Virus record (IMG/VR): IMGVR_UViG_3300035390_000014
Location: 1 to 64,000 of that record
Strand: one strand, 5' to 3'
Origin: a virus
Lineage: Duplodnaviria; Caudoviricetes
Length of the DNA: 64,000 nt
Each line of letters starts with the position of its first letter. The first letter of the stretch is position 1. Below are positions 19,306 through 28,921 of the stretch, piece by piece. A model generated the notes under the pieces. That model saw only the letters and a list, made by a program, of their open reading frames with translations, did not search any database and was not told where the DNA came from. The translations under genes and the position numbers were made by a program.

Positions 19306-19592
19306 ATATCCCCAAATATCTCTGTCAACATCTTAAATTCATTTGGTTTTGTTTTACTAAATTTCTTATTAGTTTTAACCCCAAACATTCCACATAAAAT
19401 CTTTGAGAATTCCTTATTTGTTAAGGATTGTTTTATAGATGCAATTATTGGATCAGAATATTTTTTAATATTTTTAGAATCACCAAGTTCAACAATCATT
19501 GAAATTGCTGTTGGTATATTCAGATATATCATTTTTTGTTTCTCTTGTACCACATCACCAGCTGGTTTTCCACCTAAGCTTACATCACTCAT
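19287..19592 (-). CDS. Hypothetical protein (start reassigned to 19592)
   Basis: An AAGGAG RBS precedes ATG at 19592 (MSDVSLGG...). Confidence 0.55.
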   Translation of the reverse strand: MSDVSLGGKPAGDVVQEKQKMIYLNIPTAISMIVELGDSKNIKKYSDPIIASIKQSLTNKEFSKILCGMFGVKTNKKFSKTKPNEFKMLTEIFGDIWGLKK

Positions 19593-19602
19593 GTTATTCT
19601 CC

Positions 19603-20598
19603 TTATACAATTCTATCAATTATAGATTTAGCTTCTTGAATATATTCATCATGTTTATCTAATGGAATTTCTTTAATTAATAAATAAGCTTTTAATTTAT
19701 CTTCAAGAGACATTGAACTATCAATACCACGGTTAGTAATATCTCTAGTAGTTTTATCAACTATATTAAAACTCTTTTCAATAGTTGAAGTATCAACATT
19801 ATCAACTTTTAATAATTTAACAAAATCTCCATTTTCTCTTAAAAGTTTAGCTTGTTTTATAACTTCTAAAGCATTTTCACTATTTAATTCAAGCTCAATA
19901 TGCTTTTGATAACCAGTTATTTTAATTGAATCGCTTGTTCCAGTATCACTATCAAGAACTATAAACCTTTTTTCTTCACCTTTCTCACCCCAATCTAATT
20001 GAATAATGGATCCAGGGATTGTTACATTTCCAACTTCTTGAGGTAAATGATAATGTCCAATATAACAATGTTTAAAATGTTTTAAATCAGTCAATCCTAT
20101 ATCAGATACAATTGATATTCCAGAATTTAACATTGCTTCATTCAATCCAAAATGAGATACTAAATAATTTCCTTTAGGAGCTTTTTTAATATCATCTTTC
20201 ATTTTCTTTGGGTTCCATGGTACAAAAGAAACATTTTCTATATCTCTTGCTTCATGTAGCATTATAACATTAGGTTCATTATCAAGACCTTTTAAACCAG
20301 ATACACCATCACCAGATTTTGAAGACATATCGTGATTACCATCAATAATAATAAATGTTATTTCAGGATAACTTCTGAGAAAATCATATAGAATTGATAA
20401 AGCTATAGAATGAATAATACTTTTATTATGCAATGTGTCACCAGCAATTGTAAAATATTTAATACCATTTGCTTTAGCATATTCAGCTATTTGAATTAAT
20501 GTTTGTTTTAGATAATGTAGTCTCCTTGATACACCTGCCACAATTGTATCTTGAGAATATAAACTTAAATGAATATCAGCTACAATTATGCTTTTCAT
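19603..20598 (-). CDS. sbcD: SbcD/Mre11/gp47-like metallophosphoesterase nuclease
   Basis: ADIH, AGDTLH, DGNHD, SHFG, GHYH motifs; adjacent to SbcC. Confidence 0.92.
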   Translation of the reverse strand: MKSIIVADIHLSLYSQDTIVAGVSRRLHYLKQTLIQIAEYAKANGIKYFTIAGDTLHNKSIIHSIALSILYDFLRSYPEITFIIIDGNHDMSSKSGDGVSGLKGLDNEPNVIMLHEARDIENVSFVPWNPKKMKDDIKKAPKGNYLVSHFGLNEAMLNSGISIVSDIGLTDLKHFKHCYIGHYHLPQEVGNVTIPGSIIQLDWGEKGEEKRFIVLDSDTGTSDSIKITGYQKHIELELNSENALEVIKQAKLLRENGDFVKLLKVDNVDTSTIEKSFNIVDKTTRDITNRGIDSSMSLEDKLKAYLLIKEIPLDKHDEYIQEAKSIIDRIV

Positions 20599-20801
20599 TT
20601 CTTTATTTTTCTCCTTTTTCTCATACCAATTTTAATGGGTTTTTTCTTTGATTTTACATTTTTCATAAACCATCTCAATCTTGCATCACATATCTCTGAG
20701 CAACAAGATTTTACAAGACAAGTTAAACATGGGTCAAAACATGGTGTCTCACCAATTGAATAAGGACTTAGTTTTTTCTTAGTGTCTTTTATCATATTCA
20801 T
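20595..20801 (-). CDS. Small Cys-motif protein (DPCxxCLVKxxCxxxC)
   Basis: DPCLTCLVKSCCSEIC; the same motif occurs in 31490..31840. Confidence 0.55.
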   Translation of the reverse strand: MNMIKDTKKKLSPYSIGETPCFDPCLTCLVKSCCSEICDARLRWFMKNVKSKKKPIKIGMRKRRKIKK

Positions 20802-21048
20802 CCAAAATTAAAATTCCTATTCCTATAAGAGCTGCCCCTATTACAATCAACCCCATAAATCCAAGTACAATAGCAATAGGCAACCAATAAGCAGCAAAAC
20901 ACCAAAGCCAACTAATGTCAATATTATCAGTTGCCTTTAAAATTATTAATAGTATTGTAATTAATCCAGCTGTACTAATTACACTTTTATTAACTATAAC
21001 ATTACCAGCAGCAGTTCCAGCTTTTTTAGCAATCTCTTTTTGATCCAT
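20779..21048 (-). CDS. Small membrane protein (2 TM)
   Basis: Hydrophobic segments separated by DISWLWCFAAYWLP. Confidence 0.65.
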   Translation of the reverse strand: MDQKEIAKKAGTAAGNVIVNKSVISTAGLITILLIILKATDNIDISWLWCFAAYWLPIAIVLGFMGLIVIGAALIGIGILILDEYDKRH

Positions 21049-21049
21049 C

Positions 21050-22471
21050 TTAATCTCCTTTTACAATTGTAAATGCATCTTCTTCTTTTAATAAAAATTT
21101 TTCATATGTAAATTGATTAACAAATAAATATTTTATTTTCCAATCTTTACTTTTATAGTAATCAACTCTACTCCAAAACGAACCTTTAATATTTTTACAT
21201 CCTATATCAACCATATCCAATATTATTGGAGTTTTCTTATCATGACCAGGGTAAGTTCTAGTTATTCTACCAGCTAACTGTTCTATATTTTTAACTGGAG
21301 AGGTAATTAACAACGAGTCTTTCCATGGGACATCAATACCATCACGTATCTTACCAGGGGTAGAGAATGAAATTTGTTTTTCAAGTTCGTCTAACGAGGA
21401 TCCCGCTATAAACTTAGACTTATCTTCACATGGTAGCCAATCATATAAAGGAACTATCAATTTATCCACTCTCTCTGAAATGCACAGTAGGTGTCTATTC
21501 TCCTTAGTTAATTTTAATAATAATGCTTTAACCAAGTCCATGAATACTTTTGAATTTTTCATTATGCTTAGATAACGAGCTCGTTGAAAATTACCTTCCC
21601 AATTTAAATATTTCTCTCTTCTTGGTGTATCTATATCAAAATCTAATAATACAAATGTAACTTCCGCTGACATTGTATCATCATCACTATCAACAGTAAA
21701 TTCATCTCCTACATGATATTTTAGTATATCACTATTTCCATCATTTCTATATGGAGTTGCACTTAAACCATATGTAATTGCAGATGGTGTATGTAATGAA
21801 CAATTTGAAAATGTTGGAGCGCCTAATGTTGTGTGTATTTCATCTCCTATGAAAACACCTACATTAGCTTTATTTAAAGCCATTAGAAATTCCATTCTTT
21901 TTCTTTTTAAAAGAGATAAAATTGTTTGACATGTAGCTATAATAACAGAACTTTCCATTAATTGTTTTTCAAATTTAGCAGATTTTAATATAGATATTTT
22001 ACCATCTTCTAAATTAGTAAATTGTTTTAATCTATCTCTCCATTGTTTATCTAATGAATCTCTATGTACTAATACTAATGCCTTCTTTTTTCTTTCAGCT
22101 ATCATATAAATACTAACAACTGTTTTTCCCATACCTGGATTTAGTTTTATCATACCATTTGTATGATTCATCATATAATCTATTGTTAATTTTTGAGCTT
22201 CATTTCTTGGTGTTATACTGTGTTCAATTTCGATATCTTCCCCAACATGAGCATTATTAATAATTTTACAATCAACATACTCATGTATAGGGAAGAATCT
22301 AGGAATCATTAAGAACTTTTCGGATTCTGAGAAATATTTATTAGTTATAAAATCAGGTGAATTATATTGCTGTTGTTTCCTAAACAGTTTTGCTCGCACC
22401 AAATGATACCAACTTTCACCCTCATATTCTCTTGGAATTAATATTCCCGATCTCCTACTAAGTTCTATCAT
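21050..22471 (-). CDS. Superfamily 2 DNA helicase (UvsW/XPB-like)
   Basis: NPGMGKT, DEIH, GLSATPYRNDG, EQLAGRITR. Confidence 0.88.
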   Translation of the reverse strand: MIELSRRSGILIPREYEGESWYHLVRAKLFRKQQQYNSPDFITNKYFSESEKFLMIPRFFPIHEYVDCKIINNAHVGEDIEIEHSITPRNEAQKLTIDYMMNHTNGMIKLNPGMGKTVVSIYMIAERKKKALVLVHRDSLDKQWRDRLKQFTNLEDGKISILKSAKFEKQLMESSVIIATCQTILSLLKRKRMEFLMALNKANVGVFIGDEIHTTLGAPTFSNCSLHTPSAITYGLSATPYRNDGNSDILKYHVGDEFTVDSDDDTMSAEVTFVLLDFDIDTPRREKYLNWEGNFQRARYLSIMKNSKVFMDLVKALLLKLTKENRHLLCISERVDKLIVPLYDWLPCEDKSKFIAGSSLDELEKQISFSTPGKIRDGIDVPWKDSLLITSPVKNIEQLAGRITRTYPGHDKKTPIILDMVDIGCKNIKGSFWSRVDYYKSKDWKIKYLFVNQFTYEKFLLKEEDAFTIVKGD

Positions 22472-22477
22472 AATTAT

Positions 22478-23503
22478 TTACTCCGAATCAAGTTTAATTC
22501 TAAATACAGATAACATATCTTCTTTAGTTAATATTGCAGCACTATCACGACTTTCCCAAATAGTAATCTGTTCTATACCTTTAAGATGACCAACAAACAT
22601 TAACTGTTCCCAACACCAAACTAAAATATTTTCTGCAGTTGGAATTTCAATTAAGTCATTTAAAGAACTATGATCTAAAACATCTATAATACAGGTATTC
22701 ATTATTTCTTTTAACTCTTTATAATCCATTACCATCATAGTAGCAGGATCTATTCTTCTTCTAATTCTAACTTCAATATCCCATTCATGTCCATGCCAGT
22801 TTTCACATTTTCCTAAATGATGTGGAAGTTTATGAGCTGCAGCAAAACTTAATTTTTTACCAATGGTTACAAATGGCATAATCCTATTTGAAAGATGAAA
22901 TTCACTATGACATGGAACACATTCAGCTTCTAAATTTGAGATAAGAATATTTGAATGATCTTCATCTATATGATGAATATTAATATTTTCATCTGAATTA
23001 CATCTTTTACAATGAGAAATATCTTCGAAACTAGAAAGAAAATCTCTATAAAACTTTTCAGCTTCAACAGATTTAGTATGAATTTCAGGTTTGTAATTAT
23101 GGTGTTTATTTCCATATTTACCTAACATTCCATTTATTCTATCTTTATAAGTTCCTTTCAACCATTTATCAGTAACTGTTTTTGATATTTTATCTACAAC
23201 CCCTGAGTTATGAACAGGATTATTATATCCCATTCTTCTAGTTGACATGATTCTATTTTTTCTCAATGGCTCAATTTTTTTGATTCTTGTGCTAATATAA
23301 TATTTATTAATATATAAATCTTGTTTCTCAATTTCCTCAATAATTTCTTGAGTATATAAATCTGTTTTAATTATTAAATCATCTAAAACTTTATTTATTT
23401 TATTAAGATAATTTTTATGATCTTCATCATCCATTCTAACTAGATGTATCATCATATTACTGTATGTAAATTTACATACTGGACATATTCCTTTATTTGG
23501 CAT
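22478..23503 (-). CDS. queD: Zn-finger/HNH endonuclease fused in-frame to QueD (6-carboxytetrahydropterin synthase/PTPS)
   Basis: N-terminal CPVC...H...H; CKRC...IHHIDEDHSNILISNLEAECVPCHSEFH (HNH); C-terminal SFAAAH...CENWHGHEW...LDHSSLN...PTAEN...WES (QueD). Confidence 0.85.
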   Translation of the reverse strand: MPNKGICPVCKFTYSNMMIHLVRMDDEDHKNYLNKINKVLDDLIIKTDLYTQEIIEEIEKQDLYINKYYISTRIKKIEPLRKNRIMSTRRMGYNNPVHNSGVVDKISKTVTDKWLKGTYKDRINGMLGKYGNKHHNYKPEIHTKSVEAEKFYRDFLSSFEDISHCKRCNSDENINIHHIDEDHSNILISNLEAECVPCHSEFHLSNRIMPFVTIGKKLSFAAAHKLPHHLGKCENWHGHEWDIEVRIRRRIDPATMMVMDYKELKEIMNTCIIDVLDHSSLNDLIEIPTAENILVWCWEQLMFVGHLKGIEQITIWESRDSAAILTKEDMLSVFRIKLDSE

Positions 23504-23512
23504 ATGTTTCTC

Positions 23513-23830
23513 CTATTGGCAATCCACTGCTTCTAGATCGCCCCATGAATTTTTAATTTTACCTAAATGATAAACAACACCATCAATAGTGATAGTTTTC
23601 TTACCATCTAAGCAGTTAACCCCAGATCTATCAATTGTAACTGTTTCTGTTTCTACTCTTACTTCTGGGTCTACTTCCTGTTTAAACTCTCTAACAAATA
23701 CTCCAGCCTTACTTGCTAAATCCTCATCTCTAACAAATTCCATAGCTATAGGTATTGCTATAGATCCTACTACCATTATTATAACAATAGTAATAATTAA
23801 TTCAATTAATGTAAATCCTTTCTCCTTCAT
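23513..23830 (-). CDS. Type IV prepilin-like protein
   Basis: MKEKG|FTLIELIITIVIIMVVGSIAIP is a canonical class III signal peptide (G|FxxxE); C-terminal disulfide-capable Cys pair. Confidence 0.85.
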   Translation of the reverse strand: MKEKGFTLIELIITIVIIMVVGSIAIPIAMEFVRDEDLASKAGVFVREFKQEVDPEVRVETETVTIDRSGVNCLDGKKTITIDGVVYHLGKIKNSWGDLEAVDCQ

Positions 23831-23838
23831 AGTATCTC

Positions 23839-24120
23839 CTATTTAACAAAAGATAATCCTATCATAATAATTGCCACAATACCGAAAACTTTAGTCACAT
23901 CAATCATTTTTGAATAAAATGTTGGATGCACCCAGTCATTTAAAATTGTTTTAACAACCAATGCCTTACCTTTTTCATCAACTTTTGTAACATATCTTTC
24001 CGCTGTTAAATTTCTCATTTCACCATCAATCATTATATTATTTCTTACATCACTCATTTGTTTTCTCCTATTTACAAGTTCCACCAATAACATCACCCCA
24101 AGTATTGATAGTTCCTGCAT
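23839..24120 (-). CDS. Small membrane protein (start uncertain)
   Basis: C-terminal TM helix; likely start at MSDVRNN. Confidence 0.5.
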   Translation of the reverse strand: MQELSILGVMLLVELVNRRKQMSDVRNNIMIDGEMRNLTAERYVTKVDEKGKALVVKTILNDWVHPTFYSKMIDVTKVFGIVAIIMIGLSFVK

Positions 24121-24445
24121 AATATGTTACACCATCAATAATAATTACCATACGACCATTAATACATTGTGGGGTTGTTGTATTTTTAATGGTTGATTTT
24201 CTCTCTTTATATTCAACAATTGAATTTTTAAAATTAGATATAATAGTTTCTCTATTATTCATCATCTTTGCATTTCTCACACCCAAAACACCAATCACAA
24301 CTACAATTATAATAAAAGATATAATTATAAAACTTATATTTCTTATATATTGTCTTCTCTTAAGTCTGGCATATGTCATTCTATTATTATTTGAATAACT
24401 AAAATTAGATTCTCGTTGTGGTTTTAACCATGGATATTCTGACAT
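24068..24445 (-). CDS. Membrane-anchored paralog of the pilin-like globular domain
   Basis: TM helix, then QCINGRMVIIIDGVTYYAGTINTWGDVIGGTCK, which aligns with NCLDGKKTITIDGVVYHLGKIKNSWGDLEAVDCQ of 23513..23830. Confidence 0.7.
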   Translation of the reverse strand: MSEYPWLKPQRESNFSYSNNNRMTYARLKRRQYIRNISFIIISFIIIVVVIGVLGVRNAKMMNNRETIISNFKNSIVEYKERKSTIKNTTTPQCINGRMVIIIDGVTYYAGTINTWGDVIGGTCK

Positions 24446-24449
24446 ATAA

Positions 24450-25775
24450 TCACCTATATTGGTCTAAAACAAACTTATCCAATGTTGATAATTTAGTTTG
24501 TAATTCAACCATTTTATCATTCAAATCTTGAGTGTCAGTCTTAAATGTTAAAAGTTTTTGGATTCTATATTTTGTAACTAATTCTTTAACAACATTTTCT
24601 TCTACTTTACTTTCACTGGAGATTCGTTTAATAATTTTTGGTAATTCCTCTTTTGTTAATGAGGCACCTTTTTCAACCATAACTTTTACTAAAGGTCCTT
24701 TAATTTTTTCAAGACAGTTCATTTCAAGAACAAAATCATTGGTTTTATTAATCTCTGACACCAACATTCTTTTATTTGCCTGAGTATACATTGCATAAGT
24801 ATTCAGTAACATATCATCAATGGAAGTAACTTGAACTTGTCTCTGTCTATCAACTGTAATAGTTTCAAATGAAACAGAACCAACTAAAGCTTCTCTTACA
24901 TTTTTTACTAATTGATTAAAAATCTTTGTTCTGTTTCGTTGTTTTGAAATACTAAATATGATTGCAGTTCCATTTTTACCACTTGAAGAATCTATAAACC
25001 CTATGTCAAGATTCTCCAATTGCTTTTTTATTGGAGCTTTATTAAGAATTGATTCAAATCTTCTACCAGGAGGCCAAGATTTGATAACTACTTTGCATTG
25101 AGCAGTACTAACACTTGCAATCCCAGAAACATTAATCTTAGCTTTTCCGGTTGTTAATAGCTCTTGTAAATCTTCTTTTGTTGCTGTTATTTTACAACTT
25201 GTTTTTGGAGCAATTATTGGTTCTACTCCTTTTTTATCAGACAACAACCAAAACAATCTTGCTTTTAAATCTTCTCTTGAATAACATGGTATGTATGTTC
25301 TAAACCCAAAACCAATGCCTTGAGTATAATCATTACCCATTAAACAAAATGGAAATCTAGTTGGGATATATTCTGGTTCATCATCCAATTCACTTTCAGA
25401 CCACGGCACATGTTTAATTAAATCAAATGCCATATCAACCGTTTCTTTAGAAATTCTACATTCTGTATACCTAGAAGCTGCTGGTGGTGTTGGTTCTACA
25501 CCAAGATTATTTCCCCAGTTACCCTGACCTTCAATAAAGTCATGTTTAACCATCTGAAATAATGTTCCATATGCATCTGAATGTGGGTGAAATCTTGCCA
25601 TACATGTCCCGGTCACTCGGGCACTTTTAACAAATTTCTCCCTCGCTACCATATATGTTGTTAATAATATTCTTCTTTCAACTGGTTTTAAACCATCATC
25701 CTTTAAAGGAAAGGATCTAAAATTATTAACATACAAACCATATTTTCTATAAGCTTGCGGTACTAATCTATCCAT
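24450..25775 (-). CDS. Type IIA DNA topoisomerase, GyrA/ParC-like subunit (short, no C-terminal pinwheel)
   Basis: DGLKPVERRIL, FHPHSD, AASRYT catalytic Tyr; 441 aa. Confidence 0.92.
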   Translation of the reverse strand: MDRLVPQAYRKYGLYVNNFRSFPLKDDGLKPVERRILLTTYMVAREKFVKSARVTGTCMARFHPHSDAYGTLFQMVKHDFIEGQGNWGNNLGVEPTPPAASRYTECRISKETVDMAFDLIKHVPWSESELDDEPEYIPTRFPFCLMGNDYTQGIGFGFRTYIPCYSREDLKARLFWLLSDKKGVEPIIAPKTSCKITATKEDLQELLTTGKAKINVSGIASVSTAQCKVVIKSWPPGRRFESILNKAPIKKQLENLDIGFIDSSSGKNGTAIIFSISKQRNRTKIFNQLVKNVREALVGSVSFETITVDRQRQVQVTSIDDMLLNTYAMYTQANKRMLVSEINKTNDFVLEMNCLEKIKGPLVKVMVEKGASLTKEELPKIIKRISSESKVEENVVKELVTKYRIQKLLTFKTDTQDLNDKMVELQTKLSTLDKFVLDQYR

Positions 25776-26281
25776 ATCCCACCCTTTATTAATTTATGAT
25801 TTTGGAGAAACCAAAAGAACATTTTTAATTGAAATCTATCCTGAATTTCAATTGTGTATTTCCATTTGTTATCTGCATATGGTTTATATACCCATTCAGG
25901 TTTAAAACCTTCACAGTATACTTGATGAACCTGAGATTCAATATTATGAACAATTCCAAGTTTTTGCCAATCCATTTTATGAATTTCATGAGTTTCCACA
26001 GAAACTTTCCAGTCATGAAAATTACCTCTAATGATAAAAGTGTCACCATTAGCTTTAATACAATACACTGGTAGTTCAATACTTTTTGATGTATGGGTAC
26101 TGATTACTGTAATATTTTCTCTAATTGTTTGATATTCTTTATAGGTATTTACATTCCTATTAACAAGAAATGATGGAATTTTATCCCGAATAAAACAAAC
26201 CTGATCAGACCAGGCACTTTTATATATCATTTCGTCTGCTGGGTGATTAGCAGTTATCCATTGTTGTAATGGCTCATTCAT
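25763..26281 (-). CDS. Hypothetical protein
   Basis: 172-aa ORF between the topoisomerase subunits. Confidence 0.6.
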   Translation of the reverse strand: MNEPLQQWITANHPADEMIYKSAWSDQVCFIRDKIPSFLVNRNVNTYKEYQTIRENITVISTHTSKSIELPVYCIKANGDTFIIRGNFHDWKVSVETHEIHKMDWQKLGIVHNIESQVHQVYCEGFKPEWVYKPYADNKWKYTIEIQDRFQLKMFFWFLQNHKLIKGGIWID

Positions 26282-26531
26282 TTTTATTCCCCCTTGGACA
26301 CCACTTTGGGATTGGTGTTGTTTCTTCTCTAATTTTATATGGTCTGCATGATCGAGTTATACATTTATTAGGATTTTTGTCAGATAAGTATTTTGAATAT
26401 TCTTTTCTTTCATCATTCTGTTTTAATGTACAAACAACTGCACAATCATCATCACAAAACCAATCATTTGGATCAGGATCACTAATAACTTTATGATATT
26501 CACAATCAATACAACTTTTTATATCATCCAC
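26274..26531 (-). CDS. Small Cys-rich protein
   Basis: CIDC...C...C...C...IPKWCP. Confidence 0.6.
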   Translation of the reverse strand: MDDIKSCIDCEYHKVISDPDPNDWFCDDDCAVVCTLKQNDERKEYSKYLSDKNPNKCITRSCRPYKIREETTPIPKWCPRGNKNE

Positions 26532-28333
26532 GTCCCCTCCAAAAGTTTTCTTTTTTCTCCTGAATCGGAAAATAATTTAATCATCTTATTCATATCACTT
26601 GAATAAGTAACTGGTATTAATCTTCGAGTCTTCTCGTTAATCAACACAACTTTTAATTGATCTGGATTCATTTCGCCTAAACCCTTAACACGTAATAAAT
26701 GTTTCTTCTCATCCCGTGCTTTAGTTACTTCTGCTGTTGTCCATAATGGGATAAAATTATTCTTTTCATTAATCGCATATAAAGGAGTTTCAGCATAAAA
26801 GAAATGACCATTTTTAATAATCTCTGGAGTTAATATAGCCAATGCTAAAGTTAATAATGCAAAGATATGCAAACCATCATCATCAGCATCTGTTGCACAA
26901 ATAATTTTACTATATTTTAAATCATTAATATCAAAGTCAGGTCCAACTCCGGTTCCAAATGCCCCTATAAGTTCTCCTATCTCTTTATTCTTTAAAATAT
27001 CTTTAGCAGTTGCAGCGCTTGGTATTTTACCCTTCAATGGTAATATAGCATGCTTTCTTGGGTCTCTACAATCAACTAACCCACCAGCTGCAGATTCACC
27101 CTCAGCTACAAACAGCTCACCAAACTTACTTGAACAATCTCTTAATTTTGTAAATTTAGTTGAAACTCTTTTCCCAGTATTAACAGACTTAAATTTTTTA
27201 GAATCTAATTTCGCTCTATAAATTTGAAAATGAGATAATATTCTATCTAAATCACCTTCTCCATTCTTGTCCTGGTTTTTATTTTCATTGAAATGAGTTT
27301 CAAGCTGAGTTTTAATCTGAACGGCAAATCTTTCAAGTGAGGTTTTATTGTTGGTTAATCTATCTTTGGTTTGTCCAGCGAATTTTGGTTCTTTTAAACT
27401 TAACATGATATAAGCTTTTAACCCAACTAAACAATCTTGAGGTTCAAACTTATAACCCATTTTTTTACCTTTGGCCATGAAATAACTTTTGATTATTTCA
27501 AATAGATGATTGACATGAGTACCACCATTATCAACCGGAAGTAAATTAACAGATGACAGTACTTTAGGAGATATTGTACCACTCTTAACATATGTCATCA
27601 TTACATTATATGATTCTGGATTTATAGATGATTTAAATAAAACAGGTTGAGCTAAAATGTTATTTCCTTGCAGGCATCTTTGATCAAAATAATCAGCTAC
27701 TGTTAATTTAAAAATTTCTTTTGTTTCATCAATTATTAAAGCAAATGTAACTTTGGACATTTCAGCAGATGCTATTTGTAATCTTTTTTTAATTCTATTT
27801 AAATCAGGAATTAAACTATCAAATATTTTCTTCGAAGGTTTAAATTCAATTTTTGTTGAAAAAGGTGATTGTCCTTCATGTTTGGTTATTGATTTCTTTT
27901 TTAACTTACCAAGTTCAAAATTAAAGATTGCATGTTTATTATTTCTATAAATCTCGACTGTATAAAAATCACTTAAGGCATTTGCACATACTAACCCAAC
28001 CCCATGAAGACCACTTGCTATTTCATATGCTGATTTATTATCCTGAAATTTAGCACCAGAAAACAACTCAGTTGAAATAGTTATTGGTACATTTTTTGAA
28101 ATTGGAATTCCGCGTCCATTATCCATTATAGAACATATATGAGTTTTTGTATCAATTTTTATAGCTATAATACTTACATGACCACCTTGAGCTTCATCCA
28201 GAGCATTATCAAATGCTTCTTCAACTAAATGATGTGGGTCATCAGTTGGACCAATCCACATACCAGGTGAAATTTGAATCTGCTCCATTGGCTCTAATTT
28301 TCTTATATCTTCTGCAGTATATGATTTAGTCAT
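26519..28333 (-). CDS. Type IIA DNA topoisomerase, GyrB/ParE-like subunit
   Basis: GHKL motifs EAFDNALDE, DNGRGIP, GLHGVG; TOPRIM EGESA, PLKGK, ATDADDDG; KGLGEM. Confidence 0.95.
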   Translation of the reverse strand: MTKSYTAEDIRKLEPMEQIQISPGMWIGPTDDPHHLVEEAFDNALDEAQGGHVSIIAIKIDTKTHICSIMDNGRGIPISKNVPITISTELFSGAKFQDNKSAYEIASGLHGVGLVCANALSDFYTVEIYRNNKHAIFNFELGKLKKKSITKHEGQSPFSTKIEFKPSKKIFDSLIPDLNRIKKRLQIASAEMSKVTFALIIDETKEIFKLTVADYFDQRCLQGNNILAQPVLFKSSINPESYNVMMTYVKSGTISPKVLSSVNLLPVDNGGTHVNHLFEIIKSYFMAKGKKMGYKFEPQDCLVGLKAYIMLSLKEPKFAGQTKDRLTNNKTSLERFAVQIKTQLETHFNENKNQDKNGEGDLDRILSHFQIYRAKLDSKKFKSVNTGKRVSTKFTKLRDCSSKFGELFVAEGESAAGGLVDCRDPRKHAILPLKGKIPSAATAKDILKNKEIGELIGAFGTGVGPDFDINDLKYSKIICATDADDDGLHIFALLTLALAILTPEIIKNGHFFYAETPLYAINEKNNFIPLWTTAEVTKARDEKKHLLRVKGLGEMNPDQLKVVLINEKTRRLIPVTYSSDMNKMIKLFSDSGEKRKLLEGTWMI

Positions 28334-28351
28334 ATAAACCTCATTAGATTA

Positions 28352-28383
28352 ATGTGAGGATGCACTCTATTGCACCCTCACAT
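28352..28383 (-). terminator. Intergenic RNA hairpin (terminator or processing/stabilising stem)
   Basis: Minus strand ATGTGAGGGTGCA-ATAGAG-TGCATCCTCACAT: a 13-bp stem with one G-U and a weak U tail. Confidence 0.6.
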
Positions 28384-28391
28384 GATTAATA

Positions 28392-28694
28392 TTAAACAGA
28401 CTTTGGATCTCTTAGTAATTCAATTTCATATTCAGTAAGTTCCGGCATAAATTCACATTTTGCTTTTAAACTAGAGCCAAGATCAATTCTTCTTATTGGG
28501 CCGTATGTTTTCTCTTTTCTCAAAGCTTTAACCGCTCTGAGTGCAGAAAGCTCTCTTCCCTCAGTTTTGATAAACTGATCATTTGGATTACAAATAGAAA
28601 TTCCTCTTGCTACAAAACCTTCATTTTCAATAACAGTAATTGCCGCAAATGGGTGATTTCTTTCATCTCTCATGTAATAATTAACACTTTTCAT
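28392..28694 (-). CDS. Conserved-looking hypothetical phage protein
   Basis: RGISICNPNDQFIKTEGRELSALRA. Confidence 0.6.
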   Translation of the reverse strand: MKSVNYYMRDERNHPFAAITVIENEGFVARGISICNPNDQFIKTEGRELSALRAVKALRKEKTYGPIRRIDLGSSLKAKCEFMPELTEYEIELLRDPKSV

Positions 28695-28921
28695 TTTTTA
28701 AAATCCTCTTTTCTAGTTAATTCAATTCTCGCTTCACATTCATTTTTTTCATTCATTTTATAATGAATTATTTTATCAACAATATATCCTCGTATAATAT
28801 CCCCTCTTTTAGGAATAGTTTCTAAATACATTTCATCCTTTGTTCCATCAGGATAAATAATATCTACATCATAATCTACTATTGGATCTATATTTAATAA
28901 TTCATCATAAAATTCAGCCAT
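28691..28921 (-). CDS. Hypothetical protein
   Basis: 76-aa ORF overlapping its neighbours by a few nt. Confidence 0.55.
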   Translation of the reverse strand: MAEFYDELLNIDPIVDYDVDIIYPDGTKDEMYLETIPKRGDIIRGYIVDKIIHYKMNEKNECEARIELTRKEDFKK

